Shown: positions 1 through 13,340, counted from the stretch's first letter. The stretch: 64,000 nucleotides of DNA from Balanoglossus misakiensis (GCA_040954595.2 CM082579.2:5514879-5578878), one strand, 5' to 3'. Notes: a model not told the origin generated them from the sequence alone. A program made the numbers and translations.

Positions 1-1166
1 AGACGAATTGTACACATGACGTTAACTTTAATGTCCGGACCTGAAAAGATACCACGATGTACAGACCGGTCGTGCAGCACACATGTAAACCCAGTTGCGC
101 AACGGAGTTTTCGGAAAAGATTGTTTTATATTCTCTTTCTGTATAATAAAAAATTGTAAGCTTATATTCGCTGTTTCTGTTGTTCATAGCATGTAGCTGT
201 GAGTCGAAGATTTAAGGTCATGTAGGGGTCATGGAAATGGCTTATTGGTCGGGTGTGTGCATCGATACACGCAATTAATATACAGGCGATCATGGCGACA
301 GAGTAACCAGTCTACTTTGCATCACAGCCGGTCCCAATGCTGGTCAAAATTAATAACACTGTTGTCATAGCTGCCTACGAACACAATGCGCACGGAATTA
401 TATTTGTTGTGTTTGACTCAGAAAATTCATCATTGTGTCATTGGACAAAGAAAAACGACAAATACAGCGGGTGCGTAATGCACGTATTATCATTATGTCG
501 ATAATTCCCCACCTAGTATCTAACTGCAATTATCCAATCCAACGCGTTTAACCCTTTCAGCGCGCTATAGTTAACTTATTGTCATTTTATGCAAGTCAAC
601 CGGGTTTGTTTAACAACTAGTATGTGGGAAAGAAAATTGATGATATATCCGCTTTTACTGGGAGTTTTTTTTATTGTTCCATACAGGTATAACACGACTG
701 CAATTATTCGGGGGCGAGGTAATTGCTTATAACATGTCTAATGCAATTGAGGAGAAAGAAATTGTTGAAACTAAACAAACTGACAAATACAGCGAGTGTG
801 CGGACGTATGTACCCTGCCGACATTATGTCCACATGCGATTACCCAAAAATAGTTTTAGAAGTGTGTTTTGAAAGTCTGCTATAGGTTTTTGAAACAGCA
901 CAGAGAATTTGGCGAATTATATACTTGTACGATAAAGAAGATTGATCTGTAATTATCTTCGCCTATTCCGTACGCCTGCTGCATACTTAATTTTCATACA
1001 CAATACGGGTATAAACTGATTTGGTGCAGAATAAAATCTAAAGATCAACCCCACACGACAAAACATAAGAGCAGCAATAGTCATAGTGAAAAGTACATGT
1101 AACTCCAACCAGTCAAACCATCAATTTTGCCGATCCGTATAATTCTGCTTCTAAACACGACCAATT

Positions 1167-2165
1167 ATGAAGGCTGTGATTTTCACCTTCGCGGCGCTCG
1201 CTTCCACCCTTTTGCCGCGTGTACTGGCCTACGGGTCGGGAGCCCCGCGTGAAGCTTGTAGAAGCATGGAGCTTGTCCATCGGCGTGCAGCTGGAACCTC
1301 GGCAGGCGAAGAGCACTCATACAGGGTGGTTGCCAGCTCGTCGACTTATGCTCCCGGTGACGTCATAGCAGGTGAGATCACGATTTACTGAACTGTCATT
1401 TCGAATACCACAACACTTTCTCGTTATGATGAAATCGCGGTTTTCTCGGTACACTCTGAGGAGAAATATGTAGATATTTTACTTTGGTTTGAAAGCTTAG
1501 CGAATGTGCAGCATGTGTTTTGTCAGGCTCTGTGTGTTCTATATACCCACAGTTAAGATTGACGGTGGTGAGTACCGAGGCATTTTGCTCCAAGCTAGAG
1601 AGGTTGGCGGACACACCCCCATAGGTACTTGGAGTAACCCGCCCAACAACACCAAACTCATGACGTGCAGCAACACAGACGATGCCGTGACACACTCAAA
1701 CCCGGATGAAAAGAACTCAGACGCTACATATTACTGGACTGCGCCAGACGAAGAGCGTGGAAACATTGAATTTGTGTAAGTAAAGATATGGTTCGGCTGT
1801 AAACTCTGTCCGTTTTATGTAGGGAAGTAAATGCTCATCCCCGTTTGCTTTGCATAATGTTTTAGCAACCCTCACATCTCAGAGTCTTCTATATACATAG
1901 AGAGAATGAATCAGAATAACTGTTAGATGAATAGTGTAAGGCTACTTATTTATGTGGGCTCACAGCGGTATAGGCTGGGTCCGTTTTGTGTATGTCGTAT
2001 GCGTGTTGTGTTTTGTTTTATTTGTCGAGTGCCAGGGACCCCTCTATGAAATCTTATTTACGTTTCTATTTCAATAGGGCCACTGTTACCAGAAATTACG
2101 ATGTTTTCTGGGCTAAGATTTCATCCGATGAACTTGAAGTCAGTCGATCTCCAAGTGGTATGTAA
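1167..2165 (+). CDS. Reeler-domain defense-protein-like gene 1 (probably secreted)
   Basis: Exons 1167-1371, 1553-1775, 2078-2165 with GT-AG introns. Signal peptide MKAVIFTFAALASTLLPRVLA, then Reeler motifs YGSGAP..AC..M, YRGILLQAR, PIGTW, C...DAVTHS, YYWTAP...GNIEFVATV...Y.VFW. The stop is TAA at 2163-2165 if the possible donor at 2158 is unused; AATAAA at 2331. The 3' end is uncertain. Confidence 0.85.
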
Positions 2166-2904
2166 TTTGCACGCAAAGCGGCGTTTTATCCGGGCATAAC
2201 CTGCTTTCTTGATAGGGACACTGAATGTATTTTAATAATGGACCATTCGGAGTCTGTGTTGTAATTTGCACACCTGTCACGAAGTTATCTGTAAACGCGT
2301 GAGCACCTGCCATTTTCTCCTGGTGGACTAAATAAAACCTATTGTTCAAATACATTGCGTGTTTCGTATGGCGATTTGCATTCCGTGTCATTGTGTGATA
2401 AATTTAGCCATGCTAAGAACACTGGCTGCCAACAGTCACTCGACATTATTAATGTGGGTGGTTTACTTTCGTTTGAAAGGTTATTGTTATTTTGTTTTTC
2501 TGATGCTGACGTATGCTCGGTAGTGTACTTTGAATTTTGGACTAAAGAAAATGATCACTACAATTGTTCTGGACCAAAATGAATGACATGTACAAGTGTC
2601 GAACCCTGCATGCATGTTATATTTATATCTTGCAGACGTTGAAACTTATGTCCACCAAGGTAATGACCATACGATATGGTACAATCGTTTTGAAAATATC
2701 TTGTGTCGCGGGTCACGTTTAACCAATCACGAACATAGCTGGTGCTGCACTTTCAGGGCATTGGGCGTGACGTTTAGTCGCGTGTATTACACTTTAGCCG
2801 AGAGCGTCGCTTCCTGGCGGACACCAAGGTTTTGGGCAACAAGCGCTTACTGTTAAACATCTCGAACACGGACACTCGCGTGTCCATGTCAAGATTAGCA
2901 CAAA

Positions 2905-4025
2905 ATGCATAAAAATGTTCATCTTTCTGTATCCCTGGCGCTCCTGATCTCATGTTTACAACAGTCACCGGTTTGGGGCTTCGGTTCGGGTGCTCCCAAT
3001 AAGGCTTGCGAGTCGATGATCCCGGGGCACAAGGGCTTGTCTCCGCAGGACAGCAGCACGAATCCGTACACCGTGACGGCATCGTCGACCACCTACGCTC
3101 CGGGAGGAACCGTGACAGGTAGGCCAATGGATATATGCGAGTGTTTGCGAGTTTCCAGATGCGCATCTTCTCCCGTTTCATGTGTGATTAGCACGCGAAC
3201 ATTTTTTTTTCATTTGACGTAAGTAAAGCATATCCTTTTATGCAGGCCTCTTGGTCAATATTTGGTCGAAAACATGGGCCTCTACACCATATTCAGTTGC
3301 GTGCCGTACGATGGCTATTTTTAGTGTACGTAACAATTCTGTTTTTCTTACCTAACCGATAATTTGAGTGCTAGAGACTGTCACTTCAACATTTCTTGAC
3401 TCCTTCTCCGCAGTAACCGTATCTGGAGGTGATTTCAGCGGCGTCCTGCTGCAAGCTCGCCGGCCTGGACAGACAGCACCCGTGGGCACTTTCACCAACC
3501 CCCCGCCCGACACAAAACTGAAGAAGTGCGGCAACGAGGCCGACAGCGTGACGCACTCCAGTACCAAGAAGAAACCCGATGGCACCGCATTCACGTGGAA
3601 TGCTCCGGATAGCGGCGCGGGAAACATTGAATTTGTGTGAGTATCGATATCGGGTCACCCGTTACTCGGATGTTCGAGACTTTTGTCCGAATGTGAACGT
3701 AAATTCATGGAGACGGTCAGCAAGCGTCGCGACGAGGTTTACAGCTGCATTTGCCAAATGATAATATTTGAATCTACAGATTCAAAGCGTCAACTCTGTC
3801 AGTTAAAACTGTCAACTTTGGTGGATCGGAGGACCGGGGCATTTGTGATGGTCGTGGCACTGCAGGTAGTGTAGTTACAGAGATATACATGTTTGCTTGT
3901 CAGTCGTATGATCTGCAAACTGAATTTACTGGCTTCTCTTTTATCTAATCAGAGCGACCTTGGCAGTGAACCACAACAAGTATTGGATAAATACAAAGAC
4001 GAACGAGTTGGAGGAAGCTCCCTAA
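2905..4025 (+). CDS. Reeler-domain defense-protein-like gene 2 (secreted)
   Basis: Exons 2905-3118, 3414-3636, 3953-4025. Signal peptide + FGSGAPNKACESMIPGH, FSGVLLQAR, DSVTHS, FTWNAP..GNIEFV, ATLAVNHNKYW...EEAP*. No hydrophobic C-terminal tail. Confidence 0.92.
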
Positions 4026-4773
4026 ACTTTACGGTATTAAGCAGCACCTATTAAAACAAGACCTGACAACAACCAACCAGTACAAGAACGTGTCAGCTAC
4101 CAACGACGAAGGACGACCTGGGCAAATTGCGACTTTGTCCCTTTTATAGGCGCTGTCTCATCATTTGGTTCGGTATTAAAAGTGTTTACTGATATCATTT
4201 ACGTCTTCTGAAAAAGAATCTATGTATACAGAGTCCCTTTAATACACACGTGTCATAACTTCCACACAGCGCAGTCTCCGGGCATGACTACCCCGTTTAC
4301 ACGTGACTGTGAATATTAGCACAGGTAAATTGCTGTTCGACCAAGTTAACAGACTCACCACAAGAATAGTCACCTGAGAGGGGGGGGGCACAATACCACA
4401 AGACGCTGTGGTAGCATTAATTCAAACTATTTGCATCTTCAATCTGTTATGTTTTTGGTCATTACTTCATTTCACGGTCTCTCCACACAGGTGTGGCGAG
4501 ACCGTGTTAATTTTAGTTAAACGGACCAAAAAATGATAGGAAGCGTTTGCTGCCGCTGATATTTGGTGTTTCGTAACCACCGTTGAACTCTTGTTTGGAG
4601 ACAGGCGTACCTGGCCCTGCGCAAACACAAACTGCGCATATGGTGTCTTACGTAACGCACGATACATAAGAGATCGAAAGTGTTTTCCACTGAACGCGAA
4701 GGTATACGTAACACACAACGTATTTTCGGACCACTGCTGTTTTTACATAAACTACGAGAACTCTGATTGTGAA

Positions 4774-6588
4774 ATGGATCTAGGGACGTACACGTGCATT
4801 TTTCTGGCCACTTTGACCGTGGGTTCCAACCCAGTGTGGGGCTATGGCACGGGTGCCCCAGACACAGCCTGTACGTCAATGAGGCCTGGGCACACGTTCA
4901 CGTCACCACAAGGCAGTAGCACAAATCCCTTTACTGTGACTGCGTCATCTGCATCATACACGCCAGGAGGAACGATCACGGGTAAGTGTTTACAAGAGAG
5001 AGAGAGCACATTGATTTGGTATCGAAGCCTGTTCAACACACACGGACTTCGAAGCATTACCTTTTAGAGTAGCTCTGTGTACAGGTCTGTGTGAACACAC
5101 AGACCTGTACTTTTAGAGGTACGTGCACTTTCACCTAATCCCATGACTCTGCCTCTATACCAACAAAATACTGATTCTATTTGCGTAGGCATTATAGGAC
5201 TTCTCAAATATAACAGTGTCCACCCATAAACGGACTGTTAATTAACGCAGCCATAGCAGCAAGATGCGAAACCCTCTGCAACCCCGACATCGATTTCAGC
5301 ATGGAGGTAGAGGCTCAGTCCCACCTCCATAATTTCAGGTTACATCACAGGACGTTCACAAATTACAATACTTCACTGCCTGTGCTATTAGAAACCCACT
5401 GTTCACGTGCCCTCACAATAGAAGAACGTGTGACTCACGTCGACTTGGAGAAACTCGTCACATAGTACCTAACAAGGGCAGATTGGCAAAATCGTTATCC
5501 TACATTCAAATAATTAAATTATTATTATTATGATCGCGAGTCGATCCATTAATGCTCAATAGATATGCACGGTGTTTATCGGATACTTTCTCTGTCTTTA
5601 CTCCCTCTTTCGAAGTGGCGATATCGGGAACTTCCTTCGGTGGTATATTACTGCAAGCTCGCCGACCAGGTCAGACCACACCCATTGGATCTTTCTTCAG
5701 TCCACCATCCAATACGAAACTGAAGACATGCAGCAACAGTGACGACAGCGTAACACACGCAAACACAAACCCCAAAAGTTCCGGAACCACATTCACCTGG
5801 AATGCCCCGGATGTTGGGGTTGGTAATATAGAATTCGTGTATGTATCCAAAGAGTTCGGCTGTTATTAACTATACACGGGGATTGTATTCTACCCTCCAC
5901 TCTATTTTAAGCGTCTGTTTGTTTGCTTTCTTGTTTTTTAATTTTATTTATTTGTTTGTTTAAACTTGATTTTTCGCATGGTTTTAAGGTCGTAACGCAT
6001 ATGAACATCGGTTCTGACAATGATTCAAACAAGCGACACTTTTCTGGTCTATAGAAACGTTCATATTAATGTACATAGGCTACGCGTCTTTTTTTACAGA
6101 GCAACGGTAGCTAAGAGCTTCACTGAATATTGGTTGAACGTGAAGTCAAGTCAGCTGACGGAGACAACAGAGATTGTTACTCCAGACCCAGATGTCACTG
6201 CAGGACCCGACACTGGCTCCAATGAAACTATGACAACCAGAAGCAAGGACCCCACCAGGCAGCCTGCCGTGATAGGTGAGTGCCCGGGGCAACGTGCTGC
6301 GCCTCGAAGGCTACCATAGGTTACAGCAATTTACGCAGGTGTTATTCACTTTTTTAGAAGTGATAAGACAAAGGATCCGACCAGTCATGCAAAGTAGTGA
6401 CAGGGATGGCCTTCCATACGTTAACGTACACAATAATCGATGACGCCATGCCTTGTGTATTCTGCCAGAATCTCAAAAATCGTTTATATTTTTCCTCCTC
6501 AGATCCGATAAGCAACGGAACTCGTCTCAGTCAATCGCTATGCTGTGCTATAATCATTTCCATGTTAGCTCTGCTCTTCAAGTATTAG
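4774..6588 (+). CDS. Reeler-domain protein gene 3, Thr/Pro-rich stalk and GPI-type tail
   Basis: Exons 4774-4981, 5616-5838, 6100-6275, 6503-6588. YGTGAPDTACTSMRPGH, FGGILLQAR, DSVTHA, FTWNAP, ATVAKSFTEYW; stalk TETTEIVTPDPDVTAGP; last exon DPISNGTRLSQSLCCAIIISMLALLFKY* (small-residue omega region, then a terminal hydrophobic stretch). Confidence 0.9.
5061..5118. repeat. Perfect 15-bp-arm hairpin flanked by a 9-bp direct repeat (mini insertion) in intron 1 of Reeler gene 3
   Basis: GTACAGGTCTGTGTG-AA-CACACAGACCTGTAC at 5079-5110; CTTTTAGAG at 5061-5069 and 5110-5118. Confidence 0.75.
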
Positions 6589-7401
6589 TGGCACCGAGAC
6601 GTCAAAGAATCTTTTGTACTTCATCACAATGGCGTTTATCGTTGATATATGCAAGACCTTTACTTTTGTAGACGTGGAAAACCATACAAATAGTGTGAAC
6701 TCTCCACTTTGACGTGAGTTTCAATCAATCTCTCTCAGTCCATGTTTGGAGGGAGTGTAAAATAACTTGAGGAAACACGTCACGTATATAGGCCTATTTG
6801 CCCGCCGTTCCAAGAGTTACCTGTACCGAGATGCACATTTGGAAACAATAACGCCGTGGCGGTGTACAGCAATCGGACTGTATAAGTGGGGCGCTTTCAC
6901 TTTTTTTATTACATGTATATAAAAGACAAGTGGACAAATGAAAAAAAATCAGGGTTGTTTGGCTTAAGGCGGCCTTCAATTCAAGTATGACGAATGCGCT
7001 AATACGATTGTAGTCAAGAACCCGCTGACCCTTGTCGCTGACATAATATGGATGAACGATGAACTAAGAGTACAATGCGTGGAGGAGAAAAATACAAAAC
7101 AACACATTACCGTTTCCATGGAGCTGATTGTTTTCAATCATTAAATTGTACACATAACATGTTCATGACGCACGATAATTACATGTTAACATAATTTCAT
7201 AATTACATGAGTGGTTTTGGTATCTTTTCCGCAAGCACATCGTCTTGGTTTTTTTCTTGGGGCTATTCCGTCTACCGAAGGCACACCCTCAAAACCAAAA
7301 GAGTTGAAAAGAAAAGTAACGTGACACTGCAGCGGGGTCATTCAGGTGTTCAGCTCCGATCACATCACCAAAGCAAAAAAATCTCCGTCCGATTGGCGTC
7401 C

Positions 7402-9817
7402 ATGATGGTTGTGCGCGGTTTACTCGATGCCTTGGTCGTCTTGGTGTGTTTGTGCACCGCCGTACAGGGATTCGGCTCCGGGGCTCCGGATGCGGCCTGT
7501 CTCACGATGACGCCCGGTCACACGGGTCTGAATGGACAGACTGCGCCTAGCCCGTACAACTTAACGGTCTCACAACAGCAGTTTAGACGTGGCGAAAAGG
7601 TTAAAAGTATGTGGTACTATTCTGAAACTTACATCATTATCTTACGTTATTTTCATATGTGTATAATGTATGCATGTATACTTGCAATATATCCTTGGAG
7701 TTTTTATAGCTGTTTCGCAACTATCTGCTAGGCTAGTTCGGATAAACTATTTTGTGTCATCGCTGGAAATAAAAAGAAACCCACAATGATATATTTTCAC
7801 TTCGACCTCCGTTGTGCATTCTGTATATTCCATTGTTGCCGAATTAGCTCCTGCCGCCGGCCCTCCGCGGAAATAGTTTCATCCACGGTGACTCCCAAGG
7901 TAGACTAAGGTAAAGGCTTTGTTTTGTGGACTGACCGTAACCATAGAGACTGAGTAGAAAGAGGTCAACCTCAGGGCCTGCTTGTTAGGTGTGCAAGTAC
8001 ATGTAATTCCAGCGTTGGCGAAAATGGCTTCTTTTCGCGGGTTTATAGTCTATGTTGCCTTTGCTGCGACAAGTATGTGTATCACAGTGCATGGGTACGG
8101 AAGCGGCGCTCCCGACGCGGCCTGCATATCCATGACGCCCGGCCACACTGGCCTCGTTCCCCAGACTGGGCCGAGCCCTTACAACGTCTCGGTCGCAAAG
8201 GGAGAGTTTCGACGAGGCGAACAGGTGAAAGGTAGGAAGCAGTCTCCGGTATTTAAAAGCGGAGGAGTCTAAACAGCTGCGAAATAGATCTAGAGTTAGT
8301 TGCTGTTCCTGTTTTATATACAATACCACGATCGCTTGACGAAATATACAGTATTTACTTTCTTTGAAGATATTACGCAGTATAAGTTAGACGTCTATGC
8401 GATACGACCTTGGCCTTGACCTAGACATGATTTACATTATGCTCTATGCTTTGTGATAAGTTGCCCCTGTAAGTGCAAGTTAGCGCACGCTCTCTTCTGC
8501 CGGTCATTGCTTCGATTATACCGTGCACAAAGAGACTTGCCCCAGGTAGGCCTATTGAAAATGTTCCCTCTGAAAGAGATATAGGGTGTGGTGTTATTAG
8601 TGTTACTCTGACACAAATACAAAGTACATGTACTGTCAGACTGTGAAAAGTCAGGTCCATAGAGGATGCTTTTACCAATCAAACTAAAATCAGATGTGCG
8701 GATAAATAAGCTTCAGACTTCGTATGTAATGTCGATTTGCTAAATTTTACGCAAAGTTCGATGTTTTTACTTTTTAACATTCACCTCCAACTGCCTCACG
8801 GTCACATATGGTGTTTATACTCAGCCTTGTGCAGGTACAGAGTCCACGTATAAAGTATAAGCTTTATTCGCATATTGTATTGCAACCGTTGTTATAATAA
8901 AAGCAGTGACCACATGCCATAAATATCTGCAAGTCTCTCAAGTGTGCAGCTGTAAACGCATGCCTTTTACGTGTACGTAGCGCCCTCGTCATACATATAA
9001 TCGATTTCTCTTTCCCGCAGTCAAAGTAACGGGAGGCGACTACGAAGGGATTCTTCTGCAGGCACGCAACCCTGGCAGCGACACACCCGTCGGCCGCTTC
9101 GTCAACGCACCCAACAACACCAAGGCGAGATCGTGCTCTAAAACTGACGACTGCATGACGCATGACAACAAAGCGAACAAAACCGAGGACACGGAGTATA
9201 CTTGGGAAGCCCCGGAAGATGAGAGCGTTGGAGACGTTGAGTTCACGTGAGTATTGCGGCATAGAAAAATATGCAAGCCAGAAAATAAATGGTCACCTAT
9301 GGCTGTAAATTTAGATACAGTTACCATGGCAAATTGAGATTCAGCCAATAATATATTTTCAGGGGTGGCACGTACACTCGAAAAAAGATCGCCACCATAC
9401 ATGGGCGTACAAATCATTATTTTATTTTTTTCTCCATAGAGAAACGTTACCATATCGCATCTCTTCATTTCATTTCAGAGTAACGGTGGCCCAAAACCAC
9501 GACGTATACTGGATTAAAATCACGTCCATCGTCATTGTAGGTAAGACTATACCTTTAAAATATTCTGCAATGAAGAAAACAACTATTTTCTGTTGAACTA
9601 TATCTTCACAATAAATCGCACGTTAAACTTCTTCAAGTCTCGTGACATCTCGCGATAGCTCCATAATTTCTCGTTCAATCACACCTGTACTTTCGTCTGA
9701 AGTGTACGTGTATTTCTTCCTTTCGCAGATCTAGATAGCGGTGCCACTACGTTGGTCGTCAACCCTCTGTCCTGCCTGGTTGCCTCGGCGATCGCCTTCT
9801 TGTTGTACGCCAAGTGA
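7402..9817 (+). CDS. Reeler-domain protein gene 4, isoform using upstream first exon 4a
   Basis: Exon 7402-7606 (MMVVRGLLDALVVLVCLCTAVQGFGSGAPDAACLTMTPGHTG...FRRGEKVK, phase-1 donor GTATGT). No exon 2 of its own follows; it is phase-compatible with the shared exons 9021-9246, 9479-9540 and 9729-9817. Confidence 0.7.
8024..9817 (+). CDS. Reeler-domain protein gene 4, isoform using first exon 4b; GPI-type tail
   Basis: Exons 8024-8231, 9021-9246, 9479-9540, 9729-9817. MASFRGFIVYVAFAATSMCITVHGYGSGAPDAACISMTPGH; VKVTGGDYEGILLQAR...CMTHD...YTWEAP..GDVEFTVTVAQNHDVYW; tail DLDSGATTLVVNPLSCLVASAIAFLLYAK*. Confidence 0.88.
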
Positions 9818-11070
9818 TCCTCTGAGGACGACGTCGAATTCTACGGATAAAATGGGATTTCTTAGTTTTTAGTGTTGCAAGTTCACGGCTTCGGGAGGGC
9901 TATGGATGTTATAGTGTTTTTGTTGTAGTATAACCCCCTCTCCAAACCCTTCCAATTAACATTTTATTACACCTGGTTGATTATTTACTCGGAGATGATA
10001 ATAATCTGCTGATTAACGTTTCTCACATGATTTTGGTCAAATATGGCGTGGTAAAATTATCATCTTATTAGAACGTAGAAATGATATTATCGAATTCGAG
10101 TCTTTATGCACATTCAACCTTTTGTTTCCCCCCAATAAACAGTCCGAGCACAAAAGGACTACTAATATTGCTTATTTTTATGGAAGTGCCAACGTAGGTA
10201 CGTACATACATACATACAGACAGACAGACACAATGCACCTCATCCTTTGGGCATCAGAGAACTTGGGAAATAAGAAGGGTTAAGCCTAGCTACATCAACA
10301 ATGAATCTGACCGGGGTAGATCAAGCTAGAGCCAAGTATCACACGCCCAGGCCGGCGGAGTTTTACCATTATAACAGAGAATAACGGATATTTGCTGGTC
10401 CATTTAAAGTTGGTTGGTCCGGATTTGCGTGGCAGCTTAGGGTTAACATGTAGCCACGGGTAATGCTTTTCGCGGCATGGTAGTAGATGTGCCTGACCGA
10501 TTGTTCTTCAAAGCAATATTTCTCATCAAGGCCGACAATGAAAGCGGAATTTAATCTCGCCAGTGGATGTCGTGTTCTATAAGCTTGTACAGTAATCTGG
10601 ACGAAAACAAACATTTGTTATTTTGCGTTACCTATTCTCTTGCTTCAGCGTTTGAAAGATCGAGCTTTTTACATGTATAACTTGAGACCTTATATGGAGA
10701 AATAGAAAAAAATTATTTCGTTCTACAATATTAATGGACTCAAGCAATTGTGAAAGTTTGATATGAATCCGTCCCTCTCCCCCAAAAAGATGAAGGTATA
10801 TATTTTGTAAAATGCTCGAGGGAAGCTGGCTTTGGTGTCATGGAAACGTGCCGCTATATTTGTTGTCCTGTAAACATTCGTAAAATGATCTTAAAACGTT
10901 GCCATCAGGTAAATGCGCAGTTCATGTGAATGCGCGCGCATCTATTGTCGCGCAGTTGAAACTTTCACCTGGGCAGTTGCAAGCAGCTGCCGTTTTCTCG
11001 ACAGACTCCCATTCTGCGAATAATCACCGCATCCTGAGCAAGAGCAGCTCTCGGGGAAAAGGTGGCCGAT

Positions 11071-13340
11071 ATGAATCTGTTCTTAGTAACCGTTGCAATT
11101 CTCACGTCATCGGCGAGTGTAGCGCAAGGGTACGGGTCAGGCGCGCCGACAAGCGTTTGCGAGTCGATGACGCCGGGACATACATCGCAAGGAAGTCTGC
11201 TCCAACCACAAGTAGGAACCAGCTCGTTCACGTTGAATGTTTCACCAGACGTCTACAGCCCCAACAGTCAAGTCACAGGTATGGACTGAGTATGGAAGTC
11301 GATTGCAAATCTTGCCAGTCTTTGGATAAAGTCACCAGCGAAAGTTTATCCTCGTTATTAGAAACGGGCCGTTTAAATTGCAGCCTTTTAGTTTTACTCA
11401 TTCGGATTGATATTTTGCTTGCAGGGTGGGTGTGGAATGCATTTTGATAAGCATATATAATGTACATGTATATGCCATATGCACCAGTAATTCAATAAAG
11501 TTGTCTCACCCCACCCATAAGATTATGCATAACCTGAGCAATATGTCTTGTTTGGAAATATGGATTTTTTGCGTCTTTTCTACCTTTTTGTTTATTAGTT
11601 TTTGTAAGCTCGGTTTTTAATAAGATCCAACTACATTGTGTTTTGTTAGTAATATTTATCATAAACAGACTATATACAGATTATACGATTCATACATGCA
11701 GTGCAACTGGACGGGGGAGCATATGGCGGACTGATGTTGCAAGCTCGCCATCCTAACGACGCAACACCAATCGGAAGCTTCAGCTATCCACCGCCGGGTA
11801 CGCAGCTCATAACGTGCACCAACAAGGGCGATACTGTGACGCACCAAACTCAACAGAGCAAGACGGGATTGCAGTTTACCTGGACAGCCCCCTCTTCTGC
11901 GGTGGGACCGGTCGAATTCATGTGAGTGAAGACCCACAAGGCGCGGAATTAAGCACGTTTTACGTGTTTTCTTTCAAACTTTGGCTATCCCATTTAAATA
12001 AGCTAATACAGACGCGTATACATGTACATAAACGCATTATCAACGTACCCCTGTCTGATTGTTAGAATTAGTTAAAAATGAACGAGTGTCGCATTAGTTT
12101 ATCCAGGTATTGTTTCTTTAAAATACCTGCGATCATTTCTTGGCTGCTCACCTCCAGACAGTCTGACTGACTTCTACCTCCCCCCCCCCGTTCTACAGAG
12201 CGACTGTAGCGGTCAATCACGACCAGTTCTGGACAGGGATCAGGTCTGCTCAACTGACTGAAGTCACAGACCTTGGCGTTGCCATCAGCAACGTAAACAC
12301 CACAGGTGGATTGGTAACTGCCAGCGGAAATGACGGTAATAATAGTGTTTTTTTTATTGGGGTGCAGTTGATACTATTGACCTTCTCGTGGCTCTCTTAG
12401 ATGCAGTAGTGAGGCCGTAGGGCCTATTCCCGTGCAAGTCACGTGGAGAACCGTTCACTGACCACAAGCAGAATAACCCATAATAATAGTTTCTTCGACC
12501 GGTATTAAAAGTGAGATTTGAATCTGTGATGTTTCAGTCGAGAATACTGGTGGCACAGTACCGAACGGCGAGGAATATAGTCCTGCGATGACAGCGGACA
12601 CACTCAGCGCAGGCACCGACGAGGCCCGAGAAGGTACTGACCGACACAATGCACTTCAAGTGGCACGCATCAGTACTTTGCACTTGTTTGCAAGTCAGAC
12701 ACAATCTGGAGAATCGGTGAACTTGATTTTGTCAAAGAGAATACATGTGTGGTGTCTTTGGCCAGTTTCAAAATAAGCAAGTCCGTCATGCAACCCAGCA
12801 CCACAACATTTTGAGTATCGTTTTCGAGTAACAAAGACAGAGTTTAACATTCTTTGGTTTCAATTATAGAGATTGTGACACTGACCGCGCCTACATCGGA
12901 TGACGAAAACGGCGGGAAAACTGGGATATCAAGCCGTGTCAACACCTTGACTGAAATGGCCGGTAAGGTGGAATGTGTAGTCAATCGAAAATTGGAGATT
13001 ATCAATGATCATTTTAATCTAGACAGACATGGCCGAGAAATTAGTCTTCAGAATCTTGTTTTTAAGTAAACCAGTTTGAAGTATATGGTACACCCAAACA
13101 GATGACATCGGCGAACTCATTAACCATTTTCAATTACTGGTAAATCTGTAAAAATTGCAAAAATCGCTCCATGGTATAGCGACTGTATAGCGACAATATC
13201 TTAAAACTGATTTTAAGATATTGTTATTTTGTTTTACATTTTCAGAACCACATAACGCTGGGGCTCAAAGCCAAGTGTCCATTGGGCTACAGGTGTTGGC
13301 TTCTATCGTGGCGCTGTTCGTGACATCAGTGGAATGGTGA
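11071..13340 (+). CDS. Reeler-domain protein gene 5, long multi-exon stalk and GPI-type tail
   Basis: Exons 11071-11278, 11702-11921, 12199-12335, 12538-12633, 12870-12962, 13246-13340. MNLFLVTVAILTSSASVAQGYGSGAPTSVCESMTPGH, YGGLMLQAR, DTVTH, FTWTAP, ATVAVNHDQFW; two phase 1-1 Thr/Gly/acidic stalk exons; tail EPHNAGAQSQVSIGLQVLASIVALFVTSVEW*. Confidence 0.88.
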
